A stretch of 64,000 nt of DNA from an uncultured Actinomycetes bacterium (lineage in GTDB: Bacteria; Actinomycetota; UBA4738; HRBIN12). Below are positions 29,497-39,843 of the stretch, in pieces. Each line of letters begins with the position of its first letter. Within the stretch, counting starts at the first letter, position 1. The DNA lies in the NCBI GenBank assembly GCA_963792215.1, contig CAWBVL010000001.1, forward strand, positions 385,646 through 449,645, read 5' to 3'. The position numbers were made by a program, and so were the translations under genes. Below the pieces are notes generated by a model. It searched no databases. It saw nothing but the letters and a program-made list of their open reading frames with translations, and was not told where the DNA came from.

Positions 29497-31798
29497 CGCG
29501 CGGCGTGTTCGGGTTCACCCGCCTCTGGCTCGCCACGTGCGTGGTCGGCCTGGTGGCCGGAGCCGGGCTGGTGCTCGCGCATCACACGGAGGTGGGGCAC
29601 CTCGATGGGCGATCACCACGGTGATCGGCGGGATCCCGGTGACGATCGACGTGATCCGTTCGATCTCGCGGCGCGAAGCCGGGGTCGACCTGATCGCGAT
29701 CATCGCGATCTTCGGATGCCTCGCGCTGCACGAGTACGCGGCCGGCGCGGTGATCGCCGTGATGCTGGCGAGCGGTCAGGCGCTAGAGGACTACGCAGAC
29801 CGGCGGGCGCACCGCGAGCTGTCGGATCTGCTCGCGCGAGCGCCTCGGCAGGTTCACCGCTACGAGAGCGGTGGCCTCGAGACGCGCGACATCGACGAGG
29901 TCGTGCTCGGCGACCGTCTCTTCGTTAAGTCCGGTGAGGTCGTGCCGGTCGACGGTGTGCTCGAGAGCGACGCGGTGTTGGACGAATCGGCGCTGTCAGG
30001 CGAGAGCCGGCCGGTCGAACGTCCGCGGGGCGACCTCGTGCGGTCGGGCGCGGTGAACGCCGGGCAGGCGTTCGACCTGCACGCCACGGCGACGGCCGCC
30101 GACAGCACGTACGCGGGGATCGTTCGGTTGGTGGAGGCCGCGCAGTCCGAGCGCGCGCCGGCGGTGCGGCTCGCCGACCGGTACGCGTTGTGGTTCATCC
30201 CGATCACGCTCGCGGTCGCGGCCGCCGCGTGGATCTTCTCGGGGGACCCTGTGCGGGCGCTGTCGGTGTTGGTCGTGGCGACGCCGTGTCCGTTGATCCT
30301 CGCCGTGCCGATCGCGATCGTCGCGGGGATCTCCCGAGCCGCGAAGCGCGGGATCATCGTCAAGGGCGGCGGTGCGCTCGAGACCGTGGCCCGCTCGTCG
30401 ATCCTGCTGTTCGACAAGACCGGCACGCTGACATCGGGGATCCCGCGCGTTGCCGACGTCGAGGCCTTCGGCACGATCAACCCGGACGAGGTGCTGCGGT
30501 TGGCCGCCTCTTTGGATCAGGTGTCGCCGCACGTACTCGCGAGCGCGATCGTGCGCGCCGCGCGCGAACACGCGGGTGAGCTCACGTTCCCCGAGGCGGT
30601 CGATGAGCAGTACGGGTCGGGGATCTCGGGACTGGTCGAGGGGCACCGTGTCGTGCTCGGCCAGGCGTCGTACGTGACGGGCGGCGCGGCGCTGCCGGCT
30701 CGTGCGCGAGACGTGCGCCGCCGCACCATGCTCGACGGCTCCTCCTGTGTGTTCGTTGGGGTCAGCGGCGAGGTGGTCGGCGCGCTTGTGATCGACGATC
30801 CGATCCGGCCCGACACGCCGCGGGTGATCCGCGCGCTCCGCCGAGCCGGGATCAAGCGCGTCGTGATGGTCACCGGCGACCATCCTGACGTCGCGGAGTC
30901 GGTCGGCGCGGCGCTCGGTGTCGACCGCATCCTGTCGGAGCGCGACCCGGCCGAGAAGGTCGAGTCCGTCGAGGCGGAGCGCGCCGACGGCGTCGTGATG
31001 ATGGTGGGCGACGGGCTGAACGACGCGCCGGCGCTGGCTGCGGCCGACGTCGGCGTTGCGATGGGCGCGCGCGGGGCGACGGCCTCGTCGGAGGCCGCGG
31101 ACGTCGTGCTCACGGTCGACCGGCTCGACCGGCTGGTCGACGCGATGATGATCTCGCAGCGCTCACGCACGATCGCCGTGCAAAGCGTGCTGCTGGGCAT
31201 GGGCCTGGCGTTCTTCCTGATGGGGCTTGGCGCGTTCGGCCTCTTCACTCCGGCCGTCGGAGCGTTATTCCAAGAGGCCGTGGACGTGGCATCGATCCTG
31301 AACGCTCTCCGTGCGCTCGGGTCGGGCTCGAAGGCCCAGGCCGGCGGTCCCGGAACCGACGTCGCGGAGCGGTTCCGTCGCGAGCACGTCGAGTTCGCGC
31401 CCGAGGTGCAGCGGATCCGAACGGTCGCCGACCGGCTCGACACCTACGAGCCGGCCGAGCTTCGCGCCGAGCTCGAGGCCGTGCGCACGTTCTTGTGCGA
31501 GCGCCTCCCGCAGCACGAAGAAGAGGAGGAGGCCGCCGTCTACCCGGTGGTCGCGAAGCTGCTCGGCGGCGAGGACCCGATGTCGAGCATGCAGCGAGCC
31601 CATGTCGAGATCGAGCACCTGATCCGCGTGTATCGCCAGCTGGTTGACGACCTGCCCGCCGAGGGTCCCGACCGTGACGACCTGGTCGACCTCCGCCGCG
31701 TGCTCTACGGCTTGCACGCGATCCTGCGTCTGCATTTCGCGCAGGAGGAGGAGGCCTACGCCTGGTTGTCGGCCGACGAGCCCGTCTCGGTCGGCTGA
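29493..31798 (+). pseudogene. P1B-5-type P-type ATPase with a C-terminal hemerythrin (HHE) domain and an apparent N-terminal frameshift near 29600.
   Basis: GTGA overlap with the nitrobindin stop. The first TM helix (VTRGVFGFTRLWLATCVVGLVAGAGLVLAHH) is in frame 0 and the rest in frame 2. TPCP in the TM region, DKTGTLT, MVTGDH and GDGLNDAPAL motifs. The C-terminus has His/Glu motifs (REHVEF, HEEEEE, HVEIEH, HFAQEEE). Confidence 0.82.
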
Positions 31799-34111
31799 TC
31801 GTCCCGCTCGATCGCGGCGAGGTCGATCCGACGCTCCGCCGGCTCCGACGCGATGGTGACGTGGAACGACGCGCCGCCGCCCACGCGATCCTCGACCCAG
31901 GCACGTCCGTCGTGCATCTCCGCGAACCGCGCGACCAGCGCGAGCCCGACCCCCGAGCCGGTCGCCGACGCCGAGCCCTGGCGGAAGGCCTCGAAGATCC
32001 GCTCCTTGTCGGCGTCGGGTACACCGGGTCCGTCGTCCTCCACGACCAGCTCGAGCCCGTCGTCCCATGGCGACATCCGCACCCAGATCCGCGCGGTGGC
32101 CGGCGTGTGCTTCGCGGTGTTGCCGAGGAGGTTCTCGACGATGCGTTCGAGCATCCCCGGGTCGGCGCGGACGTTCGACGGGACGATCTCGAGCGAGAGC
32201 TTGCGGTCCGACACGAGTTCGTTCGTCGCCACGATCTCGCGGAGGAGCGCGCCGACGTCGACCGAGGCGTAGTTCGGCTCCGCCACGCCGCGCGCGAGCC
32301 GTTCGAAGTCCAGGAAGTCACCGACCATCCGGTCCAGCCGCCGCGCGTTCTGCGCGATCCGATGCGCGAGGTCACGCGCCTCGCGCGGCTCGAGCGTCAG
32401 GTCCTCGCGCTCCAGTGTGACGGCCAGACCGAGGATGGCCGCGAGCGGCGTCCGCAGGTCGTGCGACACCGCGTGCAGGAACGTCGTCTTGACCTCGTCC
32501 TCGGTCCGGAGGCGGTCCGCCTCGAGCCGCTCTAGCTCCAGCGCGCGCTCGAGCTCGAGCGTCCGGCGCTGGTCGGTCATGTCGAGCAGCAGTCCCTGCC
32601 AGTACACGAGGTTCCCGGCGTCGTCGTAGACCGGCCGCGATTGATCGTGGATCCAGACCTCCCGGCCGTCCTTCGCGATCAAGCGGTAGCTGGAGGCGTA
32701 GGGGTCGGTGCCGGCCGGCGTCGGGCGCTCGCGGTCCTCGGGGTGCACGATCTCGCGCCACAGGTCGGGGTTCGCGTACCACTCGTCGGGCGTGTAGCCG
32801 AGGATCGGCTCGGTCTGCGGGCTGATGTACACCGTGCCGTGGCGATCGACCGGGTCGATGTACGCGATCGCCGGGAGCTGCTCGACGAGCGCGCGATACC
32901 GCGCCTCCGCCTCGGCCAGCCCCGCTTCGGCCTCGCGGCGCTGCGTGATGTCCATCATCACGCCCTGCCAGAACGCCGGCTCGCCGGCTTCGTCGCGCAC
33001 GAGCGTGGCCTCGTCGCGGAACCAAACCACGCGCCCGTCGCGGGCGATCATCCGGTACTCGATCACGAACGGCTCGCCGGTGACCTCGGTCCGACGGTTC
33101 TCCGCGTCGACGGCGGCCCGATCGTCGGGGTGGATGGCCTGCATCCAGACGTCCGAGTCGGCGACCCACTCGGCGGGCGTTGATCCCGAGGAGCGACTCG
33201 ACCCGCGAGTTGATGTACACGATCTCCAGGTCGTCGCCGCGTACGGCCTCGCGGTAGACGATCGCCGGGATCTGCTCGATCAGCGCGCGGTACTGATCCT
33301 GCGAGTCCGCGAGCTGTTCGCGCGTCGCGTGCTGCTCGGTCACGTCGAACATCACGCCCTGCCAGTACCGGGGGATGCCTGCCGAGTCGCGCACCACGAT
33401 GGCCTCGTCGCGGAACCACTTGATCGAACCGTCGCGGGCGAACATCCGATACTCGGCCAGGAAGGGGCGACCGGTCCGCTCCACCGCTTCGTAGATCGCC
33501 CGCACGCGGTCGCGATCCTCGGGGTGGAACTGCCTCGACCAGGCGATCGGGTCGGCGAGCCATTCCTCCTGTGTGAACCCCAGCAGGTCCTCGACCTGGG
33601 GACTCACGTAGAGCATCCGGCCGATCTGATCGGTGGTCGGCATGTCCTCGATGTAGACGATCGCCGTCAGGTGCTCCACCACGCTGCGGAAGCGGTCCTC
33701 GTCGGGGCCGTGTTCCGCCGACACGGGTGGCGCGCCCACCATCAGGCCTTCGATCGAGCCGACCGACGCGCCGCCGTCGATCGTCGCGTGACCGATGTCG
33801 CGGATCGTTCGCCACGACCCGTCGGCCGCACGGAGGCGATAGGTGATGTCGAAGGAACCCCCGGCGGTCTCGAGCCGCGACCACAGCTCCTCCATGCGGG
33901 CGCGATCTTCGGGGTGCAGGCGGCGAACGCGGAACTCCGGGTCGTCGAGCCAGTCCTCGGGCGCATAGCCGAGCAGCCGGCGGATGGCGTCGGATACAAA
34001 CGTGCACCCGCCGGTGGCAGCGTCGAGCACCCAGACGATCCCGTCCAGGTCGCGCAGCAATCGCTGCAGGTCCGGTTCAGAGCCCGGTGTGTCGAGTGGC
34101 GGATGCGGCAT
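31756..34111 (-). pseudogene. Cytoplasmic multi-PAS sensor histidine kinase with an apparent frameshift near 33180.
   Basis: ORF 32372..34111 reads three PAS units and then junk after ...SRVESLLGI. ORF 31756..33144 continues PAEWVADSDVWMQAIHPDD, then another PAS unit, the H-box FLHAVSHDLRTPL and the N/G boxes (LLGNTAKHT, DDGPGV, GSGVGL). Confidence 0.85.
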
Positions 34112-34178
34112 CAGGCGTCCTATGCGAGTTTCGCAGCACTACCGGGCTCGGCGCCAGCCGCGCAGGGTGGAGGCGGTA

Positions 34179-35741
34179 TCAGCCTGCCGCCGCGGAGCCG
34201 TCGGCGCGGGGGTCGGAGCCGGCGAGTAGCCGTCCGCCTTCGCGCCGGATCAAGTGCGCATGGCCGAACGAGTCGGCTTCGGTGACGCCGAACCCGCCGG
34301 TTTCCCGGAGGGATCGCAAGGCGGGTTCGGGGACGCCGTCCTCGGCGCCGACCGTCGTGCCGCTGCCGGCTTCGTCACCGAGCACGACCCATCGCGGTGC
34401 CGCGACCGCATCCGCGGGGTGGGCGCCGCCGACGAACGTCTTCGTGATCGGTGTGCAGGTTGATCTGCGGCTGGCGGTAGCCGCCCATCGTGCCGGGGAC
34501 GCCGACGAGCCCGTCGTCGTCGTGCACGAGCACGGGCATCAACGTGTGGAACGGGCGCACACCGGGGGCGAACCGGTTGGGGTGGCGCTCCTCGAGGGTG
34601 AAGCAGGTTCCGCGGTTCTGGGCGACGATCCCGGTCGTCGGTTCGCAGATCCCGGAACCGAACCCCCAGAACAGGCTCTGGATCAGTGAGACCGCGTTGC
34701 CCTGACCGTCTGCCGTGACCAGCGCGATCGTGTCGCCGTCTGCATGGGCGTGCGCGGGGGCGGCTGACACCTCCTCGCCGAGCGCCGCGAGATGCCCGTC
34801 CTCGAGCAGCGTCGAGGGATGGACCAGCATCCGATCGGGGTCGGCGAGGTGGCGGTCGCGGTCGGCGTTGGCCGCGTCGATCACCCGGGCGATACGGCCG
34901 GCGTCCGGCCCGTCGAGATCCGGGTCGATCCCGAGCCGGTCCAGCAGGGCGAACATCTGCAGGAGCGTGAAGCCCTGCGAGTTGGGCGGGACGACGCTCA
35001 CGTGCAGGTCGCGGAAGCGCGACCGCATCGCGGCGAGCACGCTCGCTCGGTGCGCGGCGAGGTCCTCGATCGTGATCGGCGTGCCGGCCGCGCGCAGCCC
35101 GGCGGCGTAGGCGCCGCCGACCGCGCCGCCGTAGAGGACCTCGGGTCCGCCGGTCGCGATCGCCTCGAGCGTGCGGGCCAGCGCCGGCTGGCGCACGATG
35201 TCGCCGAGCGCTGCCGGCTTGCCTTCGGTGAAGTAGATCGACGCCAGGCCGGGGTCGGAGCCGAACTGCGCAGCGTCTTCCTCGAGCTCGCCTCGGAGCG
35301 ACCGGCTCACGGCGACGCCATCGGAGGCGAGCTCGGTGGGCTTTGTGAACGCGTCGGCCCAGGGCAGGACCGCGCCGGTGGTGTGCAGCGCGCGCCATCC
35401 CGCGACCGCGCCGGGGACCGTGATCGGAACCGGCCCGCGGATCGGCATCTCGCGGAACCCGTCGAGCGCCGAGGGGTCCGCGGCGGCGGGCGACCGGCCG
35501 CTCGAGTTGATGGCGAGCACCTCGCCGTCGGAGCGCTGGACCAATGCGAAGAGATCGCCTCCGACACCACACATGTGCGGATACGCGACCGCGAGCGTGG
35601 TCGCGGCGTGCAGGGCGGCGTCCATCGCCGTGCCGCCGCGCTCGAACGCCTCCGCGCCGGCCGCAGTCGCCGCGGTGTGCGGCGTGGCGATCGCCCAGCC
35701 GTGACCGTCGGCCCGGATAGCTCACCGGCCCAGTCTCGCAT
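34179..35741 (-). pseudogene. ggt: Gamma-glutamyltransferase-family protein with at least two apparent frameshifts (about 35700 and about 34450).
   Basis: MRDWAGELSGPTVTAG shifts to WAIATPHTAATAAGAEAFERGGTAMDAAL... Then GDTIALVTADGQGNAVSLIQS...GFGSG...GGYRQPQINLHT shifts to ITKTFVGGAHPADAVAAPRW...DPRADGSAAAG*. Confidence 0.82.
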
Positions 35742-35776
35742 CTCGTGGACAAGCGGCGTCGCTAGGATGCCGGGCA

Positions 35777-36767
35777 TGATCCGACGAGGGCGGCGTCGCT
35801 GTCGTCCTGCTCGCATGCGTCGTGGCCGGTGGCCGCGTTCGCGCAAGCCGCGACGCGGGGCGCGCGCGCGACCAGGTCGTGCTCTCCGGCGAGGTCACCG
35901 TCGCTCGCGGAACCGTCGTGCGCGAGGTCGTGGTGTTCTCGGGGAGCGCCACGATCGAAGGGGTCGCGAAGGCGAGTCGTGGTTCTCCGAGGGCCGATAA
36001 CGGTCGCTGGGCAAGTGGGCGGCGACGTGATCGCGTTGCACGGGCCCATCCATCTGTTGAAGACCGCGCAGGTCGGCGGGGATGTTCGCGCGGGCGGTGT
36101 GGTGGCGGTCGCCCAGGGGGCACAGGTCGGCGGTCAGATCCAGCGCGACGTCGGGTTCACCTTGTCCGGACCCGTTGGCGTACTCGGCGCGTTGTTGGTG
36201 AGCGCGGCGATAGGTGTCTCGATCCTCGTGGGCGGGTTGCTCATCCTTCTGCTGGCCCCCCGGGGTGCCGACCGAACGGCCGAGGCCGCCCGCTCCGCAC
36301 CCCTGTTCGCCGCCGGGTGGGGCCTGTTGGCCGCGATCGTCGTGCCGGTCGCAGCACTGGCGCTCGCGGCCACTATCCTCGGGCTGCCGCTCGCCTTGGC
36401 CGTCTTGCTCGGGCTGGGCTTGCTGTGGTTCGTCGGCATCGCGATGGCCACGTTCGTGATCGGCCGGCTGTTGGTTCGACCGCCCCGCTCGCGAGTTGGC
36501 GCGATGTTCGCCGGCTGGGGGATCAGCGCGGCGATCGGGCTGGTGCCGTTCCTCAACGTGGTGTGGTGGACGCTCGGCGCGGCGTTCGGGATCGGGGCGA
36601 TCTTGGTGGCGACGTGGCGGACGCGGTCCGGCCGCGAGCCGCCGCCGCGGATGGATCGAGGCGGCCGTCACCGAGCCGATCGCCGGGTGCCCGACGTGCC
36701 CGTCGAGTTGCCCGACGTCGTCGCGGCCGAGGAAGCCGCGGGCGACTCGCCGGTCGCCGAGGGCTGA
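35777..36767 (+). pseudogene. Bactofilin-like repeat domain fused to a multi-TM region, with at least two apparent frameshifts (about 35795 and about 35975).
   Basis: MIRRGRR shifts to VAVVLLACVVAGG...VVLSGEVTVARGTVVREVVVFSGSATIEGV, which shifts to VVVLRGPITVAGQVGGDVIALHGPIHLLKTAQVGGDV..., followed by four hydrophobic helices. Confidence 0.5.
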
Positions 36768-36768
36768 C

Positions 36769-37473
36769 GTGCCGACGTTCCTGTTCCTCGGCTCGGGCGA
36801 GTTCGAGCCCTGGAGCACCGAGGTGGAAACGACCGCGCTGGCCGGCGCGGCCGGCGATGGGAGCGTCGCGATCTTGCCCACCGCGAGTGCCGCCGAGGGC
36901 GACCACATCTTCGAGCGCTGGGGACAGATGGGGCTCGAGCACTACCGGGACGACGGCGTGCCGGCGGCCGTCGTGCCGATCAAGACGCGCGAGGATGCGC
37001 ATCGCGACGAGCTCGTGGCGTCCGTCGAGGCGGCCTCGATGATCTACTTCTCGGGCGGGAAGCCAACACGGCTTGCCGAGGTGCTGCGCGACTCGCCGTT
37101 GCTCGGCGCGATCTCCCGTGCGCTCGACCGCGGTGCGGTCTATGCGGGATGCAGCGCGGGCGCGATGGTCGCGAGCCGCGTCCGTGATGCAGGCGGTCGT
37201 CGGGGGACGTCGTGGCTCTTCGGATTGGGTTTGGTGCCGAACGTCTCGTTCGGCGTGCACTGGGATCGCGCGGCCCGCATCCCCGGCGCACAGTGGTGGA
37301 TGACGTCGCGACTGCCCGACGACTCGTGGTTCGTCGGCATCGATGAACGAACGGCGATCCTCGGCGACGGCGTCCACTGGACGGTGCACGGCCTCGGAGG
37401 CGTCGCGGTGCGCGGACCCGGCGACGATGCGACCTATCGAGCGGGGGACTCGTTCGAAACGCCCTCGGCGTAG
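36769..37473 (+). CDS. Peptidase S51 / cyanophycinase-like (class I glutamine amidotransferase fold) protein.
   Basis: FLFLGSGEF..., MIYFSGGKPTRL and YAGCSAGAM (nucleophile elbow). GTG 36769 lies directly after the upstream stop. Confidence 0.65.
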   Translation: MPTFLFLGSGEFEPWSTEVETTALAGAAGDGSVAILPTASAAEGDHIFERWGQMGLEHYRDDGVPAAVVPIKTREDAHRDELVASVEAASMIYFSGGKPTRLAEVLRDSPLLGAISRALDRGAVYAGCSAGAMVASRVRDAGGRRGTSWLFGLGLVPNVSFGVHWDRAARIPGAQWWMTSRLPDDSWFVGIDERTAILGDGVHWTVHGLGGVAVRGPGDDATYRAGDSFETPSA

Positions 37474-37477
37474 AACG

Positions 37478-39202
37478 TCACGCCAGCAGGTAGCGACGGT
37501 TGAGCGGAAGGACGCTCGTCGGCTCGACGGCGAGTGTTCGACCTCCCAGCGTCACGGTTCCGTCCGCGGCCGACACCTCGAGGTCGGAGGGCGCTGCGCG
37601 GTTCGCGACGAGATCCGCCCGTGTCAGGCCGCGCGTTCCTTGCACCGCGACAACCCTGCGTTGGGTCGTCGAGGCGAAGCCGGCATCGAGTGCGGCCCGG
37701 GACACGAACGTCGTCGACAACCGTGCGGGGGCGTCGCCGGTTCCTCCCCAATCGGCGCCGTAGCGGGTCGGCTCCGCGCCATGCACGCTCGCGTTCCCTT
37801 CGCCGATCGCGGTCCACGCGACGACGCCAGCCTTGAGCACCATCAACGGCTTGACGCCGAAGCGGGTGGGTTCCCACAGGACGACGTCGGCCATCCTGCC
37901 GGGCGCGAGTGAGCCGACCTCACCGGCGATGCCGTGCACGATCGCCGGCTCAACGGTGCACTTCGCGAGATAGCGAAGCACCCGCTCGTTGTCGTCGGGC
38001 TCGCCGTCGTCCGCACCGACCGCCGGCCGCAGCCGTCGCACCGGCTCGGGCTGGTTGAAGGACCCGCCGGCCGCCCACGCCTTCATCACATGCGCTAGCT
38101 GGATCGTGCGTCGGAGCGTCTCGCCGATCCGCCCCATCCCCTGGGAGTCGGAGTTCACGATCTGGATCGCGCCGAGCTCGTGCAACGGCCCCTCGGCCGC
38201 CATCGTCGTGGGATGCACGAGCTCGCGCGCGGCGGTGATGTCGTCCGGCAGGAACGGATTCCCTTCATGGGCGATGAGCTTCATGTCGAGCTGTTCGCTC
38301 GCGGTCGCCGGCCCGTAGGGGAGGGTCGGCGTCGTCGAGGAGCACACCACGTTGGGCTCTCGCGAGAGCCCGATCGCGTCGGGGATATGACCGCCGCCGG
38401 ACCCCTCGACGTGATACGCGTGAACCGTCCGGCCGGCGATCGCTGCGACGGTGCCCTCGAGCTCCGTCGATTCGTTGAGGCTGTCGGTGTGCAGGCACAC
38501 CGCGATGTCATGCGCGTCGGCGGCGCGGAGCGTCGCATCGATGATGTCGGGATACGCGCCCCAGTCCTCGTGGATCTTCAGGCCGCACGCACCGGCTTCG
38601 ATCGCGGGGTCGAGGCCGCCGGCGACGTCGGTTCGAGCGCTCGGCTGAAGGCCGATATTCACAGGGATACGTTCGAACGCCGCGAACGTCGCGAGCATCC
38701 GGTCGGGCGGTTCCTCGAACCCCGCCGTGATCAAGGTCGTGACGCCGGCGGACAGGGCGACGGGCACGACCCGGGGCGACAAGAGATGGACATGTGAGTC
38801 GACGACCGCAGGCGTCGCGATCAGCCCGTGGCAGGGGATCGGCCACGTGTTCGGCCCGATCGTGAGGTCGACGCCGTCGGTGATGTCGGGGTTTCCCGCG
38901 CGGCCGATGCCGGCGATGCGGCCATCCTTGATCCCGAGGTCGCATTTCACGACGCCGAGCAGGGGATCGACCACCAACACCGACCCGATCACGGTGTCGA
39001 GCTCCGACGCGGTGGTCGCGGCGTCGTGCTGCGTCATCCGGGAGCGCCAGTTCTTCGCGTAGCCCCACAGCGCCTGGTCGCCCGGTTCGGTCAGGTCCTC
39101 CTCGATCCGGATCCACAGGTCGGTGTCGGCGAGCCGCACGCGGTCACCGGCGGTCGGTCCGTGGCGCAGCGCGTGCTCGGCGCGCGAGATCCGCTCAGGC
39201 AT
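37478..39202 (-). CDS. ureC: Urease alpha subunit.
   Basis: All metal and active-site motifs are present: DSHVHLL, GLKIHEDWG, CLHTDSLNE, HAYHVEGSGGGH and NSDSQGMGRIGE. Confidence 0.9.
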   Translation of the reverse strand: MPERISRAEHALRHGPTAGDRVRLADTDLWIRIEEDLTEPGDQALWGYAKNWRSRMTQHDAATTASELDTVIGSVLVVDPLLGVVKCDLGIKDGRIAGIGRAGNPDITDGVDLTIGPNTWPIPCHGLIATPAVVDSHVHLLSPRVVPVALSAGVTTLITAGFEEPPDRMLATFAAFERIPVNIGLQPSARTDVAGGLDPAIEAGACGLKIHEDWGAYPDIIDATLRAADAHDIAVCLHTDSLNESTELEGTVAAIAGRTVHAYHVEGSGGGHIPDAIGLSREPNVVCSSTTPTLPYGPATASEQLDMKLIAHEGNPFLPDDITAARELVHPTTMAAEGPLHELGAIQIVNSDSQGMGRIGETLRRTIQLAHVMKAWAAGGSFNQPEPVRRLRPAVGADDGEPDDNERVLRYLAKCTVEPAIVHGIAGEVGSLAPGRMADVVLWEPTRFGVKPLMVLKAGVVAWTAIGEGNASVHGAEPTRYGADWGGTGDAPARLSTTFVSRAALDAGFASTTQRRVVAVQGTRGLTRADLVANRAAPSDLEVSAADGTVTLGGRTLAVEPTSVLPLNRRYLLA

Positions 39203-39767
39203 CGCGGATGCCTCCGAGCGCGACGAGCGTGACCTCGTGGGTTTCGCCCGGCGCCCATCGGAGCGAGTCGCCCGCGGGCAGATCCAGCCGGAACCCGCGC
39301 GCGACCCCGCGGTCGAACGACAGGTTGGGGTTCGCGTCCCAGAACGGGAAGTGGCTCGACACGCGGATGGGCCGCGCGCCGATGTTGGTGACGGAGAGCG
39401 TCCGCCGCTCGCGGCCGGGCACCAGCCCGACGTCGCCATCTCCGAACCGCACGGTCGGTTCGCCTTCCCCGAACGGGGACCGCAGCACGATCAGTCGCGA
39501 GCCCTCGTCGAGCAGAACCTCGAGCCGGATCTCACGGATCAGCGCCGGGACGCCGTCGAGGAGCGGCGTGGATGCCGCAACCGACGTGCCGGCCTCGCGC
39601 ACCTCTTCCCACGAACCGCCGGCGCGGGCCGCGAGGTGCATCTCATCGCACACCAACGCGACGGCCTCGGGAACGTTCAGCGCCAGCCCTCGATCGAGGG
39701 TCGCCCGAGCGAGCTGCGCCGCAGTGAAGACGCGAAGGCGCTCCTCTTCGGTCGGGTTCAGCTGCAT
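39195..39767 (-). CDS. ureAB: Fused urease gamma-beta subunit.
   Basis: MQLNPTEEERLRVFTAAQLA (gamma part) followed by RSPFGEGEPTVRFGDGD...VSSHFPFWDANP (beta part). It overlaps the ureC start by 8 nt. Confidence 0.85.
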   Translation of the reverse strand: MQLNPTEEERLRVFTAAQLARATLDRGLALNVPEAVALVCDEMHLAARAGGSWEEVREAGTSVAASTPLLDGVPALIREIRLEVLLDEGSRLIVLRSPFGEGEPTVRFGDGDVGLVPGRERRTLSVTNIGARPIRVSSHFPFWDANPNLSFDRGVARGFRLDLPAGDSLRWAPGETHEVTLVALGGIRDA

Positions 39768-39843
39768 CGCCCGGAGCATAGGTGGGAACCGTGGCGGTCG
39801 CTCGTGACGTCCAACGGCGATCACGGACCGGAAGGAGCTTCCG

